Assembly (NCBI GenBank): GCA_030390025.1 | Contig: CM059449.1 | Location: 25,792,001 to 25,856,000 of the forward strand | Length of the DNA: 64,000 nt | Reading direction: 5' to 3' | Origin: Squalus acanthias | Taxonomy: Eukaryota | In this document: positions 11,900-25,541 of the stretch, piece by piece | How the letters are laid out: the number at the start of each line of letters is the position of its first letter | Numbering within the stretch: the stretch's first letter is position 1 | Program-made: the position numbers and the translations under genes | Notes under the pieces: generated by a model | Database searches by the model: none | What the model saw: only the letters and a program-made list of their open reading frames with translations | Told to the model about the DNA's origin: nothing

Positions 11900-12895
11900 C
11901 TCCAACATCACCTGCCTCTGTCCCTACTTCAGCCCAGCTGCTGTTGAAATTCTCATCCATTACCAGTCTCACCTCCAGACTCTACTATTCTAATGCTCTC
12001 CTGGCTGGCTTCCCAACTCATCTAAAACTCTGCTGCCAGTATCCTATCCTGTACCAAGTCCCAGTCACCCATCTCACCCCTGTGCTTGCTGAGGCTCAAT
12101 GTCTTAATTTTTAAATTCTCATCCTCATGTTTAAATCCCATCATGCCTTGCCCCTCTATCTCTGTAACCTCCTCTAATTCTTCAAACCGCCCCCACCACA
12201 CCCCCATTCCTCTGACTCTGTCCTCTTATGCATTTCCACCCTTGCCCACCATTGGTTGCCATGCTTTCAGCCACCTATGCCCACGCTCTGGAATTTCCTC
12301 CATTAAGCCTTCTGCTGCACCACCTCCCTGTCCTCCCTCAAGACCCTCCATAAAACCCACCTCTGACTAAGCATATGGTGACTCTTCCTAATATGCATGG
12401 CTCACTGACAGGAAACAAAGGGTTATGGTTAATGGGTGCTGCACGGATTGGAGAATGGTTGGAAGTGGCGTACCCCAGAGCTCCGTGCTGGGTCCACGAT
12501 ATATAGTGGATTTAGTCTTGGGCATTGGGAGCATGATCTAGACATTTGCTGACGATACAAAAGGAGACAATTGGCAAACAGCAAGGTGGACCATTAAAGA
12601 CTGCAGGAGGACAGATAGATGCAATTTAACGTGAAAACAAGAGAACCACCAGGTGCTAATACATAATTCTCTGGAAGTGCAAATGCAGGTAGATAAAGCC
12701 ATTAAAAAAGGCCAAGAGTGTTTTGTGTCATATAAATAAAGGCACAGGATAAAAGAGCAGACAGGTCATGGTAAGCTAGTACAAGGCAATGATTAGACTA
12801 TAGAGCACTGGGTGCAGTCTTGGGCACCCCATTACGGAAAGAACATTAAAGCCATGGAGAGTGGACTGTCTAGATGCAGAAGGATGACGCTATCA
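11900..12895 (+). mobile_element. Decayed L2-like fragment followed by decayed CR1 RT fragment
   Basis: L2-like CTCCAGACTCTACTATTCTAATGC and 3' end; then GGCGTACCCCAG and TTTGCTGACGATAC CR1 remnants. Confidence 0.55.
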
Positions 12896-12899
12896 ATAA

Positions 12900-13680
12900 T
12901 TGGGTAGTGTAGTGGTTATGTTACTGGACTAGTAGCCACGAGATCAAATCCCACCATGGCAGCATATTAACTAATGTCCTTCAGCGAAGGAAACCTACTG
13001 TCCTTGCCCAGTCTGGCCTATACATGAATCCAGTCCCACACTATTGCAGTTGAATCTTAACTGTCCTCTGAAGTCAGGAGTGTGATGGAATACTCTCCAC
13101 TTGCCTGAATGAGTGCAGCTCCAGCCATACTCCAGAAGCTCGACACCATCCAGGACAAAGCAGCCCGTTGCATTGGCACCCCATCCACCACCTTAAACAT
13201 TCACTCCCTTCATCACCGGCGCATCGTGGCTGCAATCTACAAAATTCACTGCAGCAACTTGCCAAGGCTTCTTCGACATCACCTCCTAAACCCGCAACTT
13301 CTACCACCTAAAGGACAAGGGGAGCAGGCGCATGGAAACACTGCAACCTCCAGGTTCCCCTCCAAGTCACACAGCATCCTGACTTGGAAATATATTGCCA
13401 ATCCTTCACCGTCACTTGGTCAAAATCCTGGAACTCCCTCCCTAACAGCGCTGTGGGAGTACCTTCACAACATGGATTGCAGCAGTTCAAGAAGGCGGCT
13501 CACCACCACCTTCTCAAGGGCAATTAGGGATGGACAATAAATGCTGGCTGTTAGTGACACCCACATCCCGTGAACGAATAAAAAAAAGTGTCTGAGCGAG
13601 CCACTCACTCAGTCAGGTCAACTAGGGATAGGCATTAAACATTGGCCTTGCCAGCGAGGCCCACGTCCCAAGGATGAATA
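12900..13680 (+). mobile_element. tRNA-derived SINE split by a LINE 3' fragment (13075-13587)
   Basis: Head GTGTAGTGGTTATG...TCAAATCCC; ORF 13109-13540 (LDTIQDKAARCIG...IHSLHHRR); both end in similar GGGAT..GGC..TAAA..TGGCC..GCCAGCGA tails. Confidence 0.6.
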
Positions 13681-14797
13681 AAGGAATAAGAATCTATAGT
13701 ACAAGGACACATGTAGGAGGCTGGGACTTATTCCACAGGAGAAAAATAGGCCAAAAAAGAGAGATTTTCATAAGAGTTCTGTTAAAAAAAAAATTATGAT
13801 GGCGTTAATGGGGAAAGACCATTTCCTTTGGTTAGGGAGGTCAGTGATGGGGGAGGGTCATCAATTTAAAGTTATTAACCATGTAAAGGGACTGAGCACA
13901 CTGCCCTATATCTACTTGTGTGGTAGCATAACCTGAGGTGTAACAACAGCACCCTCCTACAACCTGAACTGGAAATTTTTGGTCTTCTGTACATGAACTC
14001 ACATGCAACGCCAATCTTTCCAAAGGTTAGATTCTGCTTTATTTTCAAGACAAAAGTGAATATAAGAGGACCACCTGGAATCAAAACCCAATTATTACAC
14101 TGAGCAGTGCTTCACTTTGTAATAAACTCCCTACACCATTCTACTGGCATTTTCAGAATAATCTGATTTTCTGCACAACTACTGGTTGTAAGATTCTGAA
14201 CCCCAGAATTATGGCCTTCAGTCCAGGGCAGAATGTCCTCTCCCTGCAGTTACAGCTTTTCTTCAGTCAGCCTGACTCCAGTGACATTTTACAAACACTG
14301 ACTACTCCCTCCTCACCCCCCAGGAGGTAGAATTCACCAGCCTAACTTGGCAATGACCCATATTGAGTTCTAATGAAAACAGTTGTCACGGCAGCAATTA
14401 AGTGCGAACCACCACTGGAGTCTTTCACTGTTCCAGCTTGTCCAGAGACTCCGTCTGAATTCCAATCTACATCTCCCAGCCCAGCTGTCCTCTGTATTTA
14501 GCTCATTTGTAGATTTTTATGATATATTACACCAAGGTCCCCCACTGGCAGCATAGTCTGAAATCTCAAAACGTGACATTTAACCTCAATCCTGATTCTG
14601 TCCATCTCTCCCCTCCACCACCCTTCCCCTATTAAATCCTTCCAATGGTCTGATTTGGGAAACAGTTCACCAATATAGCGATGAATGGTGAATCACAATT
14701 CCTGTGGGATTGTTCCAAGGGATAATAGAGAGAGCACAACAAAGTGGAATTAATTCAATTTCTGTCTGTTGGAGATCATGGAGCGTTAAAAGACTAA

Positions 14798-17700
14798 GGG
14801 GGAGAAATTCAGTATCGCCCCATTTAGGGCGCAATTATCGGCCGGGCACAAAGATTAGCGCCTGGCGCTAATTATCGCCGCCGACTGCAAACTTGACTTT
14901 TATCGCTCCTGGAGGTGATTGGAGCGCTAAATCAGGCGCTACACATCTGTCTTAAGGCGCAAAGGCAGAGGAGTGAGGCGCTAACTCAGAGCGCTGGCGA
15001 AGCTCATGTGATGTCAGTCAGCAATGGAACACAGACACAATGGCGCCGGCCAGTTCTTAAAGGGGAGGGTTGATCTTGCTCTCCATCCACATCCTGCTCA
15101 TTGCAGCCTGGAATCTCGGCCTGGAGAGACCTGTACATCAAATCTGCTGGAAAGAACAATGGAGAGTACCAGGGAAAGAGCTCAGAGTGCAGCCCCCACA
15201 GTCTCTTCTAAATCGATACAAGGGCAAATCAAAATGAACCTGCAAAGTGCTGCTCAGTACCCAAAACTCCTTCACAGCGTTGAATCTCTCCAGAATTCTC
15301 TCTCTCTCTCTCTCTCTAGCAATCTAAAGGATTAATTAGCAATCTTGTTGTACGAGGCCCCTTGGGTCAGAGTGATCATAATATGATAGAATTCTTCATT
15401 AGGATGGAGAGTGAAGTAGTTAAATCAGAGACTAGGGTCCTGAATTTAAATAAAGGAAACTACGATGGTATGAGGCGCGAATTGGGTAGGATTGATTGGG
15501 GAATGTCACTCAAAGGGTTGACGGTGGATAGGCAATGGCAAATGTTCAAAGATTGCATGGATGAACTACAGAATTTGTTCATCCCAGTGTGGCATAAGAA
15601 TAAAACAAAAAGGGTGACTCAACCGTGGCTAACAAGGGAAATTAGGGATAGCATAAGATCCAAGGAGAGGGCATATAAATTGGCCAGAAAAAGCAGTAAC
15701 CCTGAGGATTGGGAGCAGTTTAGGATTCAACAAAGGATGACAAAGGGATTAATTAAGAAGGGGAAAATAGAATATGAAAGTAAGCTTGCAGGGAACATAA
15801 AAACTGACTGTAAGAGCTTTTATAGATATGTGAAGAGAAAAAGATTAGTGAAATCAAGTGTAGGTCCCTTGCAGTCAGAAGCGGGGGAAGTTATAATGGG
15901 GAACAAAGAAATGGCACACCAATTAAATGCATATTTTGGTTCTCTCTTCACAAAGGAGGACACAAATAACCTCCCAGAGATGTTGGAGAACATAGGGTCT
16001 GATGAAAGGGAGGAACTGAAACAAATCAGTATTTGCAGGGAAATGGTGTTAGGGAAATTGACGGGATTGAAGGCTGATAAATCCCCAGGGCCTGATAATC
16101 TACACCCTAGGGTACTTAAGGAAGTTGCCCTAGAAATAGTAGATGCATTGCTGATCATCTTCCAACATTCGATGGAATCTGGAACTGTACCCATGGATTG
16201 GAGGGTAGCTAATGTTACCCCACTATTCAAAAGGGGTGGTAGAGAGAAAACGGGGAATAACAGACCGGTAAGCCTGACATCAGTAGTGGGGAAAATGCTA
16301 GAGTCCATTATAAAGGATGCAATAGCTGAGCACTTGAAAAACAGTGACAGGATCGGACAAAGTCAACATGGATTTACAAAAGGTAAATCGTGCTTGACTA
16401 ATCTACTGGAATTTTTTGAGGATGTAACTGGGAAAATAGATAAGGGAGAACCAGTAGATGTGGTGTATTTGGACTTTCAATTGGCTTTCGATAAGGTCCC
16501 GCATAAGAAATTAGCGTGTAAAGTTAAGGCACATGGGATTGGGGGCAAGGTATTGACTTGGATAGAGAACTGGTTGGCGGGCAGAAAGCAGAGAGTAGGA
16601 ATTAATGGGTCTTTTTCCGAGTGGCAGGCAGGGACTAGTGGGGTACCGCAGGGATCGGTCCTTGGACCCCAGCTATTCACAATATACATTAATGATCTAG
16701 ATAAGGGAACTAAATGTAATATCTCCAAGTTTGCAGATGAGACAAAGCTGGGTGGGAGTGTGTGCTACGAGGAGGATACCGAGAAACTCCAGGATGATTT
16801 GGACAGGTTGGGTGAGTGGGCAGAAGCGTGGCAGATGCAATATAACGTGGATAAGTGCGAGGTTATCCACTTTGGTGTCAAAAACAGAAAGGCAGACTAT
16901 TATCTGAATGGCAATAGATTGGGAGAAGGGGAAGTGCAACGAGACCTGGGTGTCCTTGTGCACCAGTCGCTGAAGGTAAGCATGCAGGTGCAGCAGGCGG
17001 TGAAGAAGGCAAATGGTATGTTGGCCTTCATAGCGAAAGGGTTTGAGTATAGGAACAGGGATGTCCTGCTGCAGTTGTACAGGGCCTTGGTGAGACCACA
17101 CCTTGAGTACTGTGTGCAGTTTTGGTCGCCTTATCTGAGGAAGGATGTTCTTGCCATGGAAGGAGTTCAGCGAAGATTCACAAGGCTGATACCTGGGATG
17201 GCAGGAATGACATATGAGGAGAGATTGGGTCGATTGGGCTTTTACTCGCTGGAGTATAGAAGAATCAGAGGGGATCTCATCGAAACATATAAAATTCTGA
17301 CAGATCTGGACAAACGAGATGCAGGAAGAATGTTCCCGATGGTCGGAAAGTCCAGAACCAGGGGTCATAATCTAAGGATAAGGGGTAAGCCATGTAGGAC
17401 AGAAATGAGGAAGAATTTCTTCACCCAGAGAGTGGTGAACCTGTGGAATTCTCTACCACAGAAGGTAGTTGAGGCCAAGTCATTAAATATATTCAAGAAT
17501 GAGTTAGATATATTTCTTAAAGCTATAGGTATTAAGGGATATGGGGAGAAGGCAGGTACAGGGTACTGAGTTTGGACGATCAGCCATAATCTCATCGAAT
17601 CACGGAGCAGGCTCGAGGGGCCGAATGGCCTACTCCTGCTCCTATCTTCTAATACTCAAGATAGAGATCGTGACTTTTTTTTGGATATTAAGGTAATCAA

Positions 17701-18181
17701 GGCATCTGGGGATAATGCGGGAAAGCGGAGTTGAGGCAGAAGATCAGCCATGATCTTATTGAATGGCAGAGCAGGCTCGAAGGGCCGAATGGCCTACTCC
17801 TGCTCTTATTTCTTATGTTATGTTCAAAAATGTCACCAGCAAAAAAAGGCAGGAAGCGGTCGCCTTTAAATAGCGCTCCCCCAGTCCCTTCCTGACTGCA
17901 AAACGCTTCCCTCAACCTGTCGTTGCTAGCGGCAGGCGGTAAGGCAGGGGGCGCCACTCAATATCTGCTCCAGGGCACTACCGGGGCGTTGCGCACACGA
18001 CTGACGTCATGATCTGACGGCGCAGGAGATCGTGGCGGTAGTGTTTAGCGCCGCCGCAAAATGTCTAGTTAATTTCGCGAGCGGTGCAAACATCGCTGCG
18101 CACGGGCGCTAGTTGCTTTGCACCCCATTAGCGCCCTCTTAAGGCGCTAACGGGAGGCGCAACCAACTGAATTTTTCCCCC
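14798..18181. mobile_element. PIF/Harbinger-like MITE copy B, interrupted by CR1
   Basis: 14798-15320 and 17822-18181 match the two halves of 10517-11419; same TIRs. Confidence 0.85.
15321..17652 (+). mobile_element. 5'-truncated CR1 LINE with 735-aa uninterrupted ORF2 part
   Basis: ORF 15362-17569 spans the full RT; catalytic motif reads FADE instead of FADD; a second CR1 tail follows at ~17655-17821. Confidence 0.93.
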
Positions 18182-18877
18182 AAACAGTCTAACTTCTTCG
18201 TATCATGGAGAAAATAGACTTTCCAAGACAAACAAGATGGCTTTGAAGTATCGTGAGAGGAAAGCATAGCTTGTCTTCTGATATGTAAAGTCCTTGTGCA
18301 AAGAAATACATGACAGTCATGACTTCAGCCATGAGCGATTAAAGTGAAACTTTAGGGGCTAGGGTAATAAACATAGGTAGAGGTATCCATTAGCTCCAGT
18401 CTGGAAAGATAACAGTTTATAAGGCCTGTTCAGCAAAGGGTTTAATAACAGTTACATCAGGAAGTCTTATTTAAAGGAAGGCGCTTTGGAGTAATAGATA
18501 CATCATGAAGTCTTATCTATAACACATATCTTTGATGTACAAAAGAGCATGGTTTTCAACAGGTCTTCAAAGGGCACGAAAGATAGAACTTCAAGCCGGA
18601 AAGCCACTCTCTTTTGTCTGGTTAAACTGATCATTCAAACCAGTCATTAATAAAGTCTGTTCCATATTCTCGTCTCCCCTCCCCCGCCTGCTCATCTCCA
18701 CTCCCCAGCCCCTCCCCCCTGCGTCTCATCTCACCTCTTCTCCCTCGCCCCTCGTCTCATCTCCCTCCCGCCCCGTGACTCTTCCCCTGCCCCTCCCCCT
18801 TTTCGCCCCCGTCTCCTGTCGTCCCTCCCATCTCCTCGTCTCCCTCTCAAAGTCCACAAAGTATTGAAAACACTTAC

Positions 18878-19183
18878 CAATGACCTGCAAATGTATTCTT
18901 GTTATCTTTTGTGCATCTATAGTGATGGTATAAACTCCTTCATCGCTGGCTTTTAAATTGTTTACCCTCAGAGACCCATTGGATGTATTAAAATATAAAC
19001 GAGATTTGAAATCTTCATTTAGTTTCACTTTATCGAGATTTGGTTTGTAATCTAAAATAGTAACAGCACTTTTGTTGCATGCGGTGAACTCCCATAGTAC
19101 TTCACTGTTGTTCAGATCAGCTCCATATTCAGGATCCAGTAAAACTGATGAACCAACCATATCAAACACTGCTTGCATTCCAG
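18878..19183 (-). CDS. IgV exon 1, CD2/SLAM/CEACAM-like (no canonical disulfide)
   Basis: ctatcag acceptor, G|gtaagt donor, 306 nt, phase 1-1; VGSSVLL, LWEF, FKSRL, NGSLRVNNLKASDEGVYTITI. Confidence 0.88.
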
Positions 19184-19315
19184 CTGATAGACATAAAAAA
19201 AGCAAATGTAATCATTTAAACTGTGGCAGTGAAACACTGAAATGCAGCAACAAATGTGAAGAAAAATTGTATACATTGTGCCAGCAGATATGCTCGTGAG
19301 GATTTACAACACCAA

Positions 19316-20121
19316 GGGCTGGATTTTCTCAATGGGAAGCTTTTGGAGGTGGGACTGCTGCTGGCCGGCTTTCAATCCCACCTCCATCAGCTTCTGGACA
19401 ACCAGCGAGATTTTCCCCGATTGACATCGTTAAGCCCGCCCAGCGGGCTCATCAGGCCAATTAAGGGGAAGCCAGTGACAGAGCACGTCAACGGGTCATC
19501 TGTCAAGAACTTTTGAAAGAAGAAATGTGAAGCTCTGTGAAGCTGTCAAACAATGACATTCTGTGTAGTTTGATGAGCCCTTGTGTTCAGGACTCATCAA
19601 ACCTTTCAACTTTACAGAAATCAGCTGGCTGTTCGGTCAGCGGATCCAACAGACAGTCTGTGATCTCTACAATGGAGATGTCGGGGACTACGGCTCCACA
19701 GCGGCTGAAGGCTGCAGGTGGAAACAAAGGTAAGTTAACATTTTCTAACACTTTACACTCACCTCACATACTTACCACTCCATAGTTGAACACATCACTC
19801 ACTTCTACATCGCACTTTCAGACCCCTCTGACTCCCGCAGACCTCCTATACCCTGGCGGGGATCCCCCAGGTCAGGAAGCTTGCACTTCAGCGCCAAAAA
19901 TGGGGAAAATCCTATTTTCTACCTGTTAATAGGCAGTTAATAGGCTTTAATCCCTTCCCACCTCCAAGGAGATGGGACCCAGGGCCGGGTGGCTTCCTGC
20001 CTCCTGGCAAGAGGGCACGCAGGCGGGTTGGGGCAGGTTTGCCATCCGCCCCAAAATTCTGCAACTTTCTAGGCAGTCCCGCCTCCATACCCGCTTCCTA
20101 GGGGCTGAGAAAATCCAGCCA
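19316..20121. mobile_element. 806-bp MITE present only in cassette 1
   Basis: TIRs GGGCTGGATTTTCTCA / TGAGAAAATCCAGCC; CAA TSD; empty site ACACCAAAGTTCTG at ~26430 and ~32750. Confidence 0.85.
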
Positions 20122-20394
20122 CAAAGTTCTGATTGGTCCCCTTGAAGGGCAAGACACACCCAGCAGTTTGTTTGGAATGAATAGTTGGAAACTGCCTGCC
20201 TGAGTAATCAAGTACTTTGCAATGTGTAACTTGAGCCATTCATTCTGTCTGCCAGGCTCCAGACACAGCTCACAGCACTGCTTTCAGAGAACAGACAGAG
20301 CTCACATTCGCGGGTTAGGAGCTTCTCCCCGTCCCCCAGTTCCTGAGCTTCCCCCACACCCCGAACAAGTTCCTGATCTTTCCCCTCTCCAACA

Positions 20395-21050
20395 AGATCC
20401 TGACCTTCTCTTTTCCCACCCCAGGGCCCTTACCTTCATCTCCCCCACCAGCCCAGGGCCCTGTCCTTCTACGCCCTCACCCCAAAGCCCCGAACTTCTC
20501 CCGCCTACCACACAAATCCAGGGCCTTGACCTTCTCTCCCATCCCCTGACCATCACCTTTCACCCCCTGCACCCTGCCCCAAAACCCAGGGCTCTGACCT
20601 TCGCTCTCGCCCGCCCATCCTCCCAGAGACCTGACCTTCTACCCCACCACCCCACTGCACCCCGGGGCCCTGACTTTCTCTCTTCACCCCAGCCTTGATT
20701 TTCCCTCTTCTCCCCACCACCCCACTCTGGGGCCCTGACTTTCTCTCTTCTCCCCTCCAAATCCCGGGGCCCTGACCATCTCTCTCTCCTCCCCCCCACC
20801 CCCAAGCCCTGTCTTTCCACTCCACCACCCCGGTGGGGTCCAGACCCTGTCCCCCACCCCAGATCCTTGAGCTTCTAACCTCCTCACTACCCTATGGTCC
20901 TGACCTCTACCACCACCCCAGGGCCCTGACTTTCTCACTTCCTCCCACCACCCCAGGGCCCTGACATTCTCTCTTCTCCCCACCACCCCACTCCACCCTG
21001 GGACCCCAACTTTCTCTCTTCCTCCCACCACCCCGAGTTCCTGACCACCT
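20395..21050. repeat. C-rich degenerate minisatellite (GGGCCCTGACTTTCTC core), cassette 1
   Basis: Repeated GGGCCCTGAC(C/T)TTCTC motifs. Confidence 0.75.
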
Positions 21051-21082
21051 TGCAACCCTTACCCCAGGAAAGTGGGATTAGG

Positions 21083-24000
21083 CTGCAAACGAGACTCCAG
21101 GATGGTGTGTTGCCTCCCTGTGCAAGGGTCAAGGATGTCTCGGAGCGGCTGCAGGGCATTCTGGAGGGGGAGGGTGAACAGCCAGTTGTCGTGGTGCATA
21201 TAGGTAAAAAACGGGATGAGGTCCTAAAAGCTGAATATAGGGAGTTAGGAGGTAAATTAAAAAATAGGATCTCAAAGGTAGTAATCTCAGGATTGCTACC
21301 GGTGCCACGTGCCAGTCAGAGTAGAAATAGAAGGATATTTCAGATGAATACGTGGCTAGAGGAATGGTGCAAGGGGGAGGGATTGAAATTCCTGGGACAT
21401 TGGAACCGGTTCTGGGGGAGGTGGGACCAGTACAAACTGGATGGTTTGCACCTGGGCAGGACCGGGACCGATGTCCTCGGGGGAGTGTTTGCTAGTGCTG
21501 TTGGGGAGGGTTTAAACTGAAATGGCAGGGGGTTGGGAACCTGTGCAGGGAAACAGAGGAAAGGGAAGCAAGGATAGAAGCAAAAGACAGGAACGAGAAA
21601 AGCAAAAGTGGAAGGCAGAGAAATCAAGGGTGTAAATCAAACAGGGCCACAGTAAATAATAATTCTAAAAGGACTAAGAGTGTTAAAAAAACAAACCTGA
21701 AGGCTTTGTGTCTTAATGCAAGGAGCATTCGTAATAAGGTGGATGAATTAGCTGCGCAAATAGATGTAAACGGATATGATAAAATTGGGATTACGGAGCC
21801 ATGGCTCCAGGGTGACCAAGGCTAGGAATTCAACATCCAGGGGTATTCAATATTCAGGAAGGACAGGCAAAAAGGAAAAGGAGGTGGGGTAGCATTGCTG
21901 GTTAAAGAGGAGATTAACACAATAGTAAGGAAAGATATTAGCTCTGATGATGTGGAATCTGTATGGGTAGAGCTGAAAAATACCAAGAGGCAGAAAACGT
22001 TAGTGGGAGTTTTATACAGACCCCGAAATAGTAATGCTGATGTTGGCGATGGCATTAAACGGGAAATTAGAGACGCGTGCAATAAAGGCACAGCAGTTAT
22101 CATGGGTGACTTTAATCTACATATAGATTGGGCTAACCAAATTAGTAACAATACTGTGGAGGAGGAATTCCTAGAGTGTATACGGGATGGTTTCCTGGAC
22201 CAATATGTCGAGGAACCAACTAGAGATCAGGCCATCTTAGACTGGGTATTATGTAATGAGAAAGGATTAATTAGCAATCTTGTTGTGCGAGGCCCCTTGG
22301 GGAGGAGCGATCATAATATGATAGAATTCTTCATTAAGATGGAGAGTGAAGTAGTTGACTCAGAGACTAGGGTCCTGAATTTAAATAAAGGAAACTACGA
22401 TGATATGAGGCGCGAGTTGGCTAGGATGGATTGGGGAGCGCTATTTAAAGGGTTGACGGTGGATAGGCAATGGCAAACATTTAAAGATCGCATAGATGAA
22501 CACAGAATTTGTTCATCCCGGTTTGGCATAAAAATAAAACAAAAAAGGTGACTCAACCATGGTTAACAAGGGAAGTTCGGGATAGCATAAGATCCAAGGA
22601 GAGGACATATAAATTGGCCAGAAAAAGCAGCAAACCTGAGGATTGGGAGCAGTTTAGGATTCAGCAAAGGAGGACAAAGGGATTAATTAAGAGGGGGAAA
22701 ATAGAATATGAGAGTAAGCTTGCAGGGAACATAAAAACTGACTGTAAAAGCTTCTATAGATAAGTGAAGAGAAAAAGATTGGTGAAGTCAAGCGTAGGTC
22801 CCCTGCAGTCAGAATCAGGGGAATTTATAATGGGGAACAAAGAAATGGCTGACCAATTAAATACATACTTTGGTTCTGTCTTCACAAAGGAGGATACAAA
22901 TAAACTCCCAGAGATGTTGGGGAACATAGGGTCTAATGAGAGGGAGGAATTGAATGAAATCAGTATTTGTAGGGAAATGGTATTAGGGAAATTGACGGGA
23001 TTGAAGGCCGATAAATCCCCAGGGCCTGATAATCTACATCCTAGGGTACTTAAGGAAGTGGCCCTAGAAATAGTAGATGCATTGCTGGTCATCTTTCAAA
23101 ATTCTATAGACTCTGGAACAGTTCCCATGGATTGGAGGGTAGCTAATGTAACCTCACTATTTAAAAAAGGTGGTAGAGAAAAAACAAGGAATTATAGACC
23201 GGTAAGCCTGACATCAGTAGTGGGCAAAATGCTAGAGTCCATTATAAAAGATGTAATAGCAGAGCACTTGGAAAACAGTGACAGGATCGGACAAAGTCAA
23301 CATGGATTTACAAACGGTAAATCATGCCTGACTAATCTAATGGAATTTTTTGAGGATGTAACTGGTAAAATAGATAAGGAAGAACCAGTGGATGTGGTGT
23401 ATTTGGACTTTCAGAAGGCTTTCAATAAGGTCCCGCATAAGAGATTAGCGTGCAAGGTTAAAGCACATGGGATTGGGGGTAAGGTACTGACTTGGCTAGA
23501 GAACTGGTTGGCAGACAGGAAGCAAAGAGTTGGAATAAACGGGTCTTTTTCCGAGTGGCAGACAGTGACTAGTGGGGTACCGCAGGGATCGGTGCTAAGA
23601 CCCCAGCTATTCACAATATATATTAATGATCTAGACGAGGGAACTAGATGTCATATCTCCAAGTTTGCAGACGACACAAAGCTGGGTGGGCGTGTGTGCT
23701 GAGGAGGATGCAGAGAAACTCCAGTATGATTTGGACAGGTTGGGTGATTGGGCAGATGCATGGCAGATGCAGTATAATGTGGATAAATGCGAGGTTAGCC
23801 ACTTTGGTGGCAGGAACAGGAAGACAGATTATTATCTGAACGGCAATAGATTGGGAAAAGGGGAAGTGCAACGAGATCTGGGAGTCCTTGTGCACCAGTC
23901 GCTGAAGGTAAGCACGCAGGTGCAGCAGGTGGTTAAGAAGGCAAATGGTATGTTGGCCTTCATAGCGAGAGGATTCGAGTACAGGAGCAAGGATGTCTTG

Positions 24001-24585
24001 CTGCAGTTGTACAAGGCCTTGGTGAGACCACACCTTGAGTATTGTGTGCAGTTTTGGTCGCCTTATCTGAGGAAGGATGTTCTTGCCATGGAGGGAGTAC
24101 AGTGAAGATTTACCAGACTGATACCTGGGATGGCAGGAATGACGTATGGAGAGAGATTGGGTCGATTAGGCTTATATTCGCTGGAGTTTAGAAGAGAGGG
24201 GATCTCATTGAAACTTATAAAATTCTAACAGGACTAGACAGACTAGATGCAGGAAGGATGTTCCCGATGGCAAGGAGTCCAGAACCAGAGGTCACAGTCT
24301 AAGGTTAAGGGGTAAGCCATTTAGGACTGAGATGAGGAGGAATTTCTTCACCGAGAGAGTGGTGAACCTGTGGAATTCTCTACCACAGAAGGCAGTTGAG
24401 GCCAATTAATTAAATATATTCAAGAAGGAGATAGATATATTTCTTAAGGCTAAAAGGATCAAGGGATATGGGGAGAAAGCAGGGACAGGGTACTGAATTT
24501 GGATGATCAGTCATGATCTCATTAAATGGCGGAGCAGGCTCGAGCGGCCGAATGGCCTACTCCTGCTCCTATCTTCTATGCTTCT
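21083..24585 (+). mobile_element. CR1 LINE (ORF1 esterase end plus disrupted ORF2) in leader-V intron of cassette 1
   Basis: SGNH-like ORF 21050-21520 (DGLHL), endonuclease and RT ORFs with stops and frameshifts, 3' tail. Confidence 0.92.
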
Positions 24586-24839
24586 ATAGCTCCTTGTCGG
24601 CCGGCAGGGACACGATTGGCCCTAATTTTCGACGATTCCATGCTGCTCCTGGAGGATGTGATCAAACCCGGGCCTTCCCCAGGACAGGAGCTGCGCCCTG
24701 CAGTCACTGGGGTACATTCCTGGCCGCTGCAGGAGGCTTAAAGCGCCATTTTGGGCCCCAACCTTCCCGGCCGTGGTCACAGAGCCTGCGGCGCAGCCAT
24801 TCTCCGTTTAGAACCCCGTTCCCCACTTTAATTCCTCAC

Positions 24840-24906
24840 CTTCGGGATCGCAAGGCCGGAGCAGCAGGAGGACGAGCAGCACCCACAAGGGTAACTGGTG
24901 CTCCAT
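24840..24906 (-). CDS. Signal-peptide exon 1: MEHQLPLWVLLVLLLLRPCDPE
   Basis: ATG, hydrophobic core, AAG|gtgagg donor; 67 nt (phase 1) joins in frame to IgV exon 1. Confidence 0.82.
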
Positions 24907-25009
24907 CCGAAAGACGAACTAATCCGCGGTCACCACAGGCTCTCAGGACAAGGAAACTGGCATTGTGATGCAGAGCTCCTCCCGGCCGCGACTCTCCTGG
25001 AGACCAGGT

Positions 25010-25541
25010 GTTGCTGAGTCTCACTGAGCTCACCTGGGCAGAGGGGCGGGGCTTAGTCTGACTGAGCTCACCTGGGCACAGGGGGCGGGGCTTAGTCTGA
25101 CTGAGCTCACCTGGGCACAGGGGGCGGGGCTTAGTCTGACTGAGCTCACCTGGGCAGAGGGGCGGGGCTTAGTCTGACTGAGCTCACCTGGGCACAGGGG
25201 GCGGGACTTAGTCTGATTGAGCTCCCCTGGAAACAAGGGGCGGGGCTTAGTCTGACTGAGCTCCCCTGGGCACAGGGGGCGGGGCTTAGTCTGATTGAGC
25301 TCCCCTGGAAACAAGGGGCGGGGCTTAGTCTGACTGAGCTCCCCTGGGCACAGGGGGCGGGGCTTAGTCTGATTGAGCTCCCCTGGGCACAGGGGGCGGG
25401 GCTTAGTCTGACTGAGCTCACCTGGACATGGGGGGCGGGGCTTAGTCTGACTGAGCTCACCTGGGCACAGGGGGCGGGGCTTAGTCTGACTGAGCTCCCC
25501 TGGGCACAGGGGGCGGGGCTTAGTCTGACTGCGCTCACTTG
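25010..25541. repeat. 39-bp GC-box tandem array upstream of leader 1 (putative promoter)
   Basis: Unit GGGGGCGGGGCTTAGTCTGACTGAGCTCACCTGGGCACA, about 13 copies, ~100 bp 5' of the ATG. Confidence 0.85.

Noticed and set aside
18726-18877. V(D)J-style recombination signal or C-terminal extension after the IgV exons
   Set aside because: Each V ends at a G|GTAAGT splice donor with no CACAGTG heptamer; the ORF extension is purine-rich intron
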